Shown in pieces: positions 1 to 10,608 of a stretch of 64,000 bases of DNA. The position numbers were made by a program, and so were the translations under genes. This stretch comes from Felis catus (lineage: Eukaryota), in assembly GCF_018350175.1 (NCBI RefSeq), contig NC_058377.1, positions 15,934,001 through 15,998,000 of the forward strand, given 5' to 3'. The notes beneath the pieces were generated by a model. The model did no database searches. It saw nothing but the letters and a program-made list of their open reading frames with translations, and was not told where the DNA came from. Numbering within the stretch: the first letter of the stretch is position 1; every line of letters starts with the position of its first letter.

Positions 1-2211
1 ATCAGAATGCTGGGGGAATCTTCAAAATGGGGATAGGATTGGGGCGCCTGGGTGGCTCCGTCAGTTGAGCATCCGACTTCGGCTCAGCTCATGATCTCAC
101 GGTTTGTGAGTTCAAGCCCCGCGTCAGGCTCTGTGTTGACAGCTCAGAGCCTGGAACCTGCTTCAGCTTCTGTGTCTACCTCTCTCTGCCCGTCCCCTGC
201 TCATGCTCTGTTTATCTCTCAAAAATAAATAAACATTAAAAAAAAAATTTTTTTTTAACGGTGGTGGGATAAAATAGAGGCTCTCCGGCAGTAGGTCTGC
301 AGAGTTCAGTCCCAAGAGCCCAAAAGAAAAGGAGTTAGAGAAACTTATCCGCTTTGTTAGCCTTCAGCTCGCGGAGAAATGCAGCTCTAAAGGAAAGGGA
401 AGTAGAGCCTGAGGTCTTGAAGTCTAGAACAAATTGCAAAATTTGGTGAGAGGTAGAGTTACCAGAGAGCTCAAGGACACAGAGAAAAGCGGCAGGAGAG
501 GAATCAGGGCAGGCAGCACTGAACAAACTGCCTGTTGTCAGGAGAAGAATCTCTCCCCCAGGTAGCCAGACACCCTGGGTGCTGGCCGCCGGCCGTGCTC
601 TGAAGGACAGCAGCTGCCCAGATCCCTTTCTTCAGCAGGGTTCGAGTTCCTGGCTTTGTGCCCAGTGACGCCCAATTCCTTCCAGTTAGCAGGAGTGGCT
701 CCAGAGTCATCCAGTTCCCCTCCCTGGGAGGGGAGGGAGGAGACCAAAGGCTGGACTCCTTCAGTAGAGAAAACACTGAGTAAAAAGGACATTTGCCCCC
801 GAGGGTCCCCAGGGTGGAGGTAGGCAGGACTTTGATCAAAACCGGAGGCATCTAGATAAGGCCTCTGGTGCACTTAGTGTCTCCGCGAACAAGAGAAAAG
901 GAAGAAGGCTGTTGGAGATTAAAATGAAAAAATGAAGTTTTCAGAGCTATCACTTTTTTTCCCTAAACTTTTCCAGAGAAAATCCTGGTTATCATTAAAA
1001 TTGATGGCATACTCTAGTTTTCGAAGCACTTCATCTGTCCCCACCCCCTACACATTTCCTTTTTAAATATTCCTTTTATTTTTTATTTTTATTTTTTTGT
1101 TTATTTATTTTTGAGACAGAGAGAGACAGAGCATGAAGGGGGGAGGGGCAGAGAGAGAGAGAGACACAGAATCGGAAGCAGGCTCCAGGCTCTGAGCCAT
1201 CAGCCCAGAGGCCGATGCAGGGCTCGAACTCACAGACCGCAAGATCGTGACCTGAGCTGAAGTCGGACGCTTAACCGACTGCGCCACCCAGGCGCCCCAA
1301 ATATTCCTTTTTTAAAAAAGTTTATTTATTTTGAGAGAGAGTGAGAGTAGGGAAGGGGCAGAGAGAGAGGGAGAGAGAGAGAGAATCTCAAACAGGCTCA
1401 CACTGTCAGCACAGACCCCGAAGTGGGGTTCACACTCATGAACCGTGAGCTCATGACCCAAGCCAAAGTACCACTGAGACACCCAGGCACTCCTCAAAAA
1501 TATTTTTAAAATTTTTTTAAGTTTATTTATTTAGTTGGAGAGAGACAGAGATAGCACAAGTGGAGGAGGGTAGAGAGAGAGGCAGAGAGAGAGGGGGGGA
1601 GAGAGAACCCCAAGCAGGCTCTGTGCTGTCAGCACAGAGCCCGATGTAGGGCTCGAACCCACAAACCACGAGATCACCACCTGAACTGCAACCAAGAGCT
1701 GGACGCCTAACCGACTGAGCCACCCAGGCACGCCATTAATGGATACCTAGAAACCCACTGGCCAGTTGGAAACTCACAGCGGGGGCCCAAAAGACATAAG
1801 GGACAACTGGCTTGTATTGAAATTTGTAAAAATTGTCATCTTAACATTCAAGGCAAAATGTCTTTTTCACCACAAGATGAAATTAGCATTCAAAGCAAGG
1901 GAAACAAATGATCTCGCTCTTCGGCTGGTTCAGATAAAGGTCTGTTTACTCAAAAGTTTCTGCCCGTATGTTTTCTTATTAGGAAAGATTTTATTTAATT
2001 TTTGTTATATGCTGGGCGAGCCATATAAAGTAGAATAAGATATTTCTGCCTGGGGTGGGGGTGGGGGGAATCAGAGTCCAAAGAAGATTGGGAGGTGGAG
2101 TCTTATGTTAACAAATAATTACCATATTTGTGACTTTTGCGATGGGTCCTTAGAGGACAAATAGGAATTAGAGAGAGAGAGGAGAAACAAAGCCGCTCCT
2201 TTGAAATAAAC

Positions 2212-2238
2212 GGGGGGGGGGGGGGGGGGGGGGGGGGG
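2212..2238 (+). repeat. G27 homopolymer
   Basis: direct reading. Confidence 0.9.
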
Positions 2239-2832
2239 AGGGGAGGGGGCGGAAATGTAGTCCCCACAGGGACCTACAAATGATTTCTCAACCCAGTGCA
2301 CGGGGAGGGGTGGCTGGCCAGGAGGCTGGAGAGAGAGGCTGGGTCCAGATGTTGAGGGTCCTCATTCTGCATTTTAAGGAGTATGGACTTGATCCTGACA
2401 AATAACTATTTGGAAGTGGCTGATACGTGATCCAAAAGCAGTGGAATGACTTTGGTATTTACCGGACGAAAAAAAAGTAATGAGGGAGGGACGCCTGGGT
2501 GGTTCAGTTAGTTAAGTGTCTGACTCTTGATTCTGGCTCAGGTCCTGATCTCACAGTCTGTGGGACCGAGACCTGCGCTGGGCTCTGCGCTGACAATATG
2601 GGCTTCTCTCTCTCCCTGTCTCTCTGCCCCTCCCCTGCATGCCGGCTCCCCTCTCCTCTCAAAAATAAACGTTAAAAAGTAATAATCACAATGAGGGAAA
2701 GCCTTGGAACCTCAACCACCACATACTCAAACAGCTTTCTCAGAGGTCCCCTGGCCAGAATTTGAAAAGTACAAACTTCATACCCATTTTCAGACGACTC
2801 AGGGACTCCCAGCCACCCCTCCCAACAACAGT

Positions 2833-2978
2833 NNNNNNNNNNNNNNNNNNNNNNNNNNNNNNNNNNNNNNNNNNNNNNNNNNNNNNNNNNNNNNNNNNNN
2901 NNNNNNNNNNNNNNNNNNNNNNNNNNNNNNNNNNNNNNNNNNNNNNNNNNNNNNNNNNNNNNNNNNNNNNNNNNNNNN
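2833..2978. other. Assembly gap (N)
   Basis: run of n. Confidence 1.
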
Positions 2979-3569
2979 TCACAGATGAGAGAGGGAGGTC
3001 AGAATGTCAGAGTCCTAGATGAGAGTTGAGCTCTTAGTCCAAAAGAGGAGGTGTGTTCACTTTGGTCCTCCTGGCCTTGCCTTCCCTGGAGATACTCCAA
3101 AGCAAGTCTGGATCTGAGACTGAGCTCTAATAGCTTAGAAAAACCATGCTCTCTGGCTCTTGAATCTCCCTCCTCACTGCGGCTTGTATACCTCCCCAGT
3201 AAAGCCCGGGGCTCCTTTCTTAATTATAGAGGAGGGGATCAGGCTCTTATTAACTGGCCCAGAGAAAAGACTCTGAAGTTTAACCCTTCCCTTACTCTAA
3301 AGAGCAGCTAGATGGATTTGCACAGGGCTGGAGAGATGGGTGTCTTGCAAGATAACCGAAGAACCTCCCTGTTCACCAAAGGTACTACATCGAAATAATG
3401 GGTGAGAATTTACATTTATATCCTGCTTACTAAAAAAAAAAAAAATTATATATATCCTGCTTACTGATGAAGATAGTATCTTCCGGTTACCACGACCAAT
3501 TTTCATTCTTAGGAAATTAATTCATTTCCTGAGAGAAAACACAGCAACTTCTTTTTTTCTTTCTTTCTT

Positions 3570-3602
<33 letters not shown>

Positions 3603-4179
3603 GCTGCTATATACTAGGAGGCAGGAGGCAGGGTCTGGAATCTCACCTGCTTTGCTTTGATCCGAATCCACCCTTGGCCACTCGCTAGCAGTGAGGAGAC
3701 CTGGGTAGTTATTTAATTCTCTGTGCCTCAATAGTCCTTTATGTAAGATGAGAATAGTAATATCTGCCCCACAGGCTTGGTGTAAGAATCAGATAAAACA
3801 CTGCATTTAAATACAGCTCTGTGCTTGGTGCCCATAGAAAACACTCAGTAAGGTTGGTTGGTTGTGATTGTACTTAGTTAAGGTTTTGGAAAGTGCTCCC
3901 ATGACCACTTCGGGAAAAAGTCTGAGAGTTTCTTATAAGGTCATGTTTCAGGGTGCCTAGGTGGCTCAGTCAGTTAAGCATCTGACTTTGGCTCTGGTCA
4001 TGATCTCACAGTTCGTGAGTTCAAGCCCCATGTCGGGCTGTGCACGGACAGCACAGAGCCCGGACCCCACTTCGAGTTCTGTGTCTCTCCCTCTGTCTCT
4101 GCCCCTCCCCTGCCCCTGCTCATACTCTGTTTCTCCCTCTCAAAAATGAACATTAAAAAAATTGTAATAATCATATAAA

Positions 4180-5350
4180 GCTAACCACCTCAGCATTTCC
4201 ACTCCTAGGTATTTATCCAAGAGAAATGAAGTTATATATCCACAAAAAGACTTGTATGAGAATATTTGTAGAAGTTTTAGTCATAATACTCCCAAGATGG
4301 AAACAGCCCAGCAGTCCATCAGCAGAAAAATGGGTACTTTGTAGAATACTCATCCAATGGGATACTACTCAGCAAAAAAATAGGAGCAAACTTCTGATAT
4401 GTTCAGCCACATGAGGGCATCTCAAAAATACTATGTTGAACAAAATTAGTCAGATGTAAAGCAGTATGTACTCTTTGGTTCGATTTATATGAAGTTCTAT
4501 TACAGGCAAAACTAATCTTTGGTGGAAAAAATCCTGACAGTGTTTGCCCTTGAGAAAGTGAGGACAGGAGTTGACAGGAGGGACATGAGGGAAATTTCTA
4601 GAGGATATTAATGTTCTCCATCTTGATAGCAATTTGGGTTACACAGGCTTGTGCTTTTGAAAAAAATCTTTGAGTTAAAAAAAATTTTTTTAATTTATTT
4701 CAGTAATCTCCACACCCAACGTGGATCTTGAACCCACAACCCTGAGATCAAGAGTCACATGCTCTGACGACTGAGCCAGCCAGGCACCCCTGAAAAACCT
4801 CTTTGAGGGGTACACATTGAACGTTTTGTGTGTTTCATCGTATGAAAATTTTATTTTAATATTTTTTTAAAAAAGAATGATAAATATCGGACTCTCATTA
4901 ATGCTGAAGTGCGTAGGGGGCTGTGTCCTGATGTCTGCAATTTCATTTTTAAATGCATCAGAGGCACCAGGGTGGCTCAGTTGGTTTAGCATCTGGGTCT
5001 CGGTTTTGGTGTAAGTCATGATCCCAGGGTCATGATATTGAGCCCTGTGTCAGGCTCCACGCTGAGCATGGAACCTGCTTGAGATTCTCTCTTTCCCCCT
5101 GCCTCTCTCTCCTGTCTGCATGCTCTCTCTCTCTCTCTCTGTCTCTAAAATAATAATAATAATAATAAAATAAAATGCACCAGAAAAGTAAGATGCATTG
5201 CTGGATGGGTAAAGGGTGGACGAGAAACGAGTGGATGTGTGATAAAATGTATAGTAAAATGTTGCTGAAAGAACCTAGGTGGGGTATACAGATATTCACT
5301 GTAAGATTCTCCCAACTTCTCTGCGTGTTTGAAAATTTTCACAATAAGAT
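4180..5350 (+). mobile_element. Old L1 (L1M-type) 3' remnant interrupted by SINEs
   Basis: CATTTCCACTCCTAGGTATTTATCCAAGAGAAATGAA..CACAAAAAGACTTGT and GAAAATTTTCACAATAA, typical of the L1 ORF2 end and 3' UTR. Confidence 0.75.
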
Positions 5351-5531
5351 GTTGGCAAAATTTATTCCCTCTTTCGCCAAGTTTCCTTCACATTAAGTAA
5401 ATGTTTATAAAGTGTTGGAGATTCATAATTTTTTAGTATTCTAGTAGAGACATCATTCCTTAGAATACGGGTAGTTTTTAACAGATACAAATTACCATTA
5501 AAAAAACATTTCCATTTATCAAGTGCCTTCT

Positions 5532-6545
5532 TGGGATGCCGGACTGGCTCAGGCAGTGGCACTCTTGATCTTAGGGTTTTTGAGCCCCACTTTGGGTATA
5601 GAGATTACTTAAAAATAAAGTCTTTTGGGGCACCTGGGTGGCTCAGTTGGTTGGAGGTCCAACTTTGGCTCACATCATGGTCTCACGGCTTGTGGGTTCA
5701 GGGCCTGCGTTGGGCTCTGTGCCAACAGCTCAGAGCCTGGAGTCTGCTTCATATTCTGTATCTCCCTCTCTCTCTGCCCTCTGCCCACTCATGCTCTGTC
5801 TCTCTCTGTCTCTCTCAAAAATAAACAGTAAAAAAATTTTAAAAAGTTAAATCTTTCTTAAAAAACATTTATTTATTTTCAAGAGATAGAGAGACACAGT
5901 GTGAGGGGGGAGGTTCAGAGAGACAGAGGGGGACAGAATCCGAAGCAGGCTCCAGGCTCTGAGCTGTCAGCCCAGAGCCCGATGTGGGGCCCGAACCCAC
6001 GAACCGTAAGATCACGACCTGAGCCGAAGTTGGACGCCCAACCGACTGAGCCACCCAGGCGCCCCCAAATAAAATCTTTTTTTTTTTAACTTTTTTTTAT
6101 TTTTTATTTTTGAGACAGGGAGAGACAGAGCATGAACAGGGGAGGGTCAGAGAGAGGGAGACACAGAATCTGGAACAGGCTCCAGGCTCTGAGCTGTCAG
6201 CACAGAGCCCGACGCGGGGGCTCGAACTCACAGACCGTGAGATCATGACCTGAGCCGAAGTCGGATGCTTAACCAACTGAGCCACCCAGGTGCCCTGAAA
6301 AATAAAGAGGTTTTTTTTTCAACGTTTATTTATTTTTTGGGGGGACAGAGAGAGACAGAGCATGAACGGGCGAAGGGCAGAGAGAGAGGGAGACACAGAA
6401 TCGGAAACAGGCTCCAGGCTCTGAGCCATCAGCCCAGAGCCTGACGCGGGGATCGAACTCACAGACCGCGAGATCGTGACCTGGCTGAAGTCGGACGCTT
6501 AACCGACTGCGCCACCCAGGCGCCCCTGAAAAATAAAGAGTTTTG
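5532..6545. mobile_element. Cluster of five adjacent or nested Can-SINEs
   Basis: Plus copies near 5532 and 5627; minus copies near 5860-6066, 6085-6295 and 6311-6526; TSD TGAAAAATAAAGAG around the last. Confidence 0.85.
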
Positions 6546-7251
6546 AGCAATGACAGGAGTCCAATGCTGTCCTCAGGAATTCCAAGGTTAAAGAAAAGAT
6601 AATATCTTAGCTCTCAAGGAGTGATCAGGCTTTTAACAAGCAGTCACTCTATGGGGTGATAGGCAATGGTAAAGTACATGCTGGGTACAGCATTAGCACA
6701 GGACTAGGGACAAACCCTACCTGGGAGCACTGGGGAAGCCAGCTCCGAAAAGGTTAAACATCCCTGGCATCCACTTGACGAAAGGGCAGGGCCCTCTGGG
6801 CCAAGGTCTTGTCATTAGTTTTAAGACAGCACGGCCTGCCTGTATAGGAACTTAAAGTTCAGCGTCAATAATGCTGGAGCACAGTAATAATAACCATCGT
6901 TTGTTACATAACTTTTCATATCTTTACATCTCACTGCAACCTTAGAAAGTAATTTGTTAATATGCCCATTTCACGGATGAGAAAATGAGTCTGGAAGATT
7001 TAGAACCTTGCCCAAGATCACATAGCTGGGAGACGGGGTAGCCGGGCTTTAATTCCAAACCCTGTGGTCCCTCTTCTACAAAGCAAGTTTAGGATGTAAG
7101 AGCAGAACAGCAGGAAAGGAGCTTTGGAAGGTGGGGTTCTTTTCTCTGCATTGTATTACAAGGGTTCTCAGTTAAACTCAGAGAATGTAAGAGGAAATTC
7201 TAATAAGTAATGGAAATTCTATTCTATTCTATTCCATTCTATTCTATTCTA

Positions 7252-7477
7252 TTTTTTTTTTTAATTTTTTTTTTCAACGTTTATTTATTTTTGGGACAGA
7301 GAGAGACAGAGCATGAACGGGGGAGGGGCAGAGAGAGAGGGAGACACAGAATCGGAAACAGGCTCCAGGCTCTGAGCCATCAGCCCAGAGCCCGACGCGG
7401 GGCTCGAACTCACAGACCGCGAGATCGTGACCTGGCTGAAGTCGGACGCTTAACCGACTGCGCCACCCAGGCGCCCC
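7252..7477 (-). mobile_element. Young Can-SINE inserted in the (TATTC)n tail of an older SINE
   Basis: Near-consensus CpG-rich copy; TATTCTATTCTATTTTTT on both sides. Confidence 0.9.
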
Positions 7478-9288
7478 TATTCTATTCTATTTTTTAGCAA
7501 TTTTTTTTAGCAATCGCTACACCCAGCGCTACACCCAGCGTGGAGCTCGAACTCACAACCCTGAGATGAAGAGTGCCCCACTGACTGAGCCAGCCAGGTG
7601 CCCCCATAATGGAAATTTTAAATATGCATAAAAGAGAAAGGCAATAAGGACTTACTTGTCAGTAATGCTAAGGAGACTTGACTTTTTCTAAACGTAATAG
7701 ACATTTTACATCCACTTAAGGATTTAAGCATAGGTCATCAAAAGTGTTTGCCTCAAGCACCCGCCGAATTCTAACATTAAAAGGGAGGAGAATAATCTGC
7801 TGGTTAATTAAGAGACGGAGTCTCCACACGAGCCACACTCTGCCAGGCAGAGCGGGGGAAAAGCTTCCCTTTTTCCAACACCTGCAAATATTTGGCTCCA
7901 TAAACATCACTGAGACAGCGCACTTATATCTTTGAAAACAGACCTAACCTTCTCGGAAGAAAGCTGAACTGGCAATTAGCCTGTTTCCAGCATGACTGCA
8001 GGTGGAGGCTTCCCAGAGAAACGTGCGGCAAGTCCTGACTTGAAATCTGAGTCAGCAGGTCTGTTCTCCCCTGGCCGCAGCCTCAGCAGTGTTCTGCCCT
8101 GGGCCGTGGATATACCGTAACCCCGCCTCTCATTCTTCACTATTTTTAGCAAGTGTCTGCTGGGGGGGGGGAGGGGACAGGGGGGTTGCAGACACACTAG
8201 GTTTAAGACGGTATCACAGGCCCGAGAAGCACGGCATCCGCAGCCAAGCAAGAGGAAAGATGGATACAGGAGTCAGGAAGAGAGCGCAAGATCAGGAGTC
8301 CAAGTCTTAGAACGGCGAGGCATCATGGAGCTCTGTCACTACCACTAAGATGCCCTCAATGATCATTCAGACAAACACCACTCCTCCGGGTGTTAGTAGG
8401 TACTGAATGAAAAGAAAATTCTATGCGCAAGGGGAAGCACTAGGTGAAACAAAATTAAACGGTTTTGTTTGTTTCGTTTATAGCCACAGGACTTCTCAGG
8501 GTTTTTATTTTATTTATTTATTTATTTTTTCATGTTTATTTATTTCTGAGACACAGAGGGACAGAGCATGAGTGGGGGGAGGGGCAGAGAGAGAGGGAGA
8601 CGCAGAATCGGAGGCAGGCTCCAGGCTCTGAGCTCAGTTCCAGCCTGGGCTCGAACTCACCGACCCTCGAACTCACCGAGCGCGAGATCATGACCTGAGC
8701 CGCAGTCAGATGCCTAACTGACTGAGCCACCCAGGCGCCCCTACCATGGGATTCTGGTTTTAAACGGCATCCAGCGAGCAAATCGTCACAGGGCCCCACC
8801 CAGCAACAGTACAACGGTGTGCCGTGGCAACTCAGGCAAATGGATCACGCTAATGCCAAAATCCGGGAGGAATCTCCAGAATGAACTGGATTGAGGAAAT
8901 TCAACCTCGAAAGAGCACACCCCGGAACAAAGTGGGAAAGCCGTGCGTTGACCCAGACCCAGGTGTGGGCAAGGCAACAAATGAGTGAAGCTGGCCAAGG
9001 ATGAGACGATAAGGAGTGAGCGGGGACTGTGGCGAACAAGAAAGAACACATGCCCATTCGCAGACGCATCTGCTCCCCAGCTCCAGCCACTTGTCGCCGT
9101 GAGAAAGGCGGGCCTCATACTGTCACATCGTTTTGTTTAATTATCCTTACTATGTTGTTTGTTTGAAGTAGGCTCCGTGCCTGGCATAGAGCCCAATGCA
9201 GGGCTTGAACTCACAACCCTCAGATCAAGAGTTGGACACTTAACCGACAGAGCCACTCAGGTGCCCCTCTCAATATGTGTTTTAATTT

Positions 9289-9498
9289 TTTTTTTCAACG
9301 TTTATTTATTTTTGGGACAGAGAGAGACAGAGCATGAACGGGGGAGGGGCAGAGAGAGAGGGAGACACAGAATCGGAAACAGGCTCCAGGCTCTGAGCCA
9401 TCAGCCCAGAGCCTGACGCGGGGCTCGACCTCACGGACCGCGAGATCGTGACCTGGCTGAAGTCGGACGCTTAGCCGACTGCGCCACCCAGGCGCCCC
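9289..9498 (-). mobile_element. Young Can-SINE with perfect 19-bp TSD
   Basis: TCAATATGTGTTTTAATTT at 9270-9288 and 9499-9517. Confidence 0.95.
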
Positions 9499-10569
9499 TC
9501 AATATGTGTTTTAATTTAACTTTTTACGCTGAGGGGCGCCTGGGTGGCTCAGTCAGTTAAGCATCTGACTCTTGATTTCAGCTCAAGTCGAGCTCCAGAT
9601 TGATGGCAAGGAGCCTGCTTGGAATTCTCTTTCTCCCTCTCTCTCTCTCTCTCTCTGCCCCTCTACCTGCTCTCTCTCTCTCTCTCAAAATAAACATTTC
9701 TTTAAAAAAAAGTCTCTACACCAATGACCTTACATTTTAATGAAGGTACACCGTAACAAAGAGAATTCCAAACCATAAGCCAGATGTGACATTCTCATAA
9801 AATATTTGTAATCGTTCACTGAAACACATGGTCATTAAAAATTTACCAGCCTCTCGGGGCGCCCGGGTGGCTCAGTCGGTTGAGCGTCCGACTTCGGCTC
9901 AGGTCATGATCTCACGGTCTGTGAGTTCAAGCCCCGCGTCGGGCTCTGTGCTGACAGCTCGGAGCCTGGAGCCTGTTTCAGATTCTGTGTCTCCCTCTCT
10001 CTGACCCTCCCCCATTCATGCTCTCTCTCTGTCCCAAAAATAAATAAACTTAAAAAAAAAAAGAAAAATTTACCAGCCTCTTGAAAAGAAGTGCCCCAGC
10101 TCACTGATCAAACACAGTACTTTAACACAGAGTAGATGTTCTGTAAACATTAGTGAGTGAGTAAAATGATCTTGGCTTAGCAGAAGTGAGTTCTTTTAAG
10201 GATAATGGTGAAAGCCTAGGTTTGGAGTAAAAATTCTTTCTTCCTGGAAAAACTAAGGTCAGGTGGCTCTTTCACCAAAAAGCCACTACCTGGGTGCCTG
10301 GGTGGTTCAGTCAGTTAAGCATCCAACTCTTGGTTTGGGCTCAGGTCGTGATCTCATGGTTTCATGAGTTCGAACCCTGCACGGGGCTCTGTGCTGACGG
10401 TGCAGAGCCTGCTTGGGATTCTGTCTCCGTCTCTATCTGCCTCTCCCTGACTTGTGCTGTCTCTGTCTCTCTCAAAATAAATAAATAAACTTAAAAAAAA
10501 AAGAATACCTTAAAAAAAAGAAGCTACTACAATTTTGAGTTTTTTCCCCTAGTTTGTTTCTTTGGTATT

Positions 10570-10608
<39 letters not shown>

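Noticed and set aside
260-960. GC-richer unique sequence at the window start as a possible MPZL2 exon or promoter (the expected upstream neighbour)
   Set aside because: No MPZL2-like signal peptide or exon recognisable on either strand
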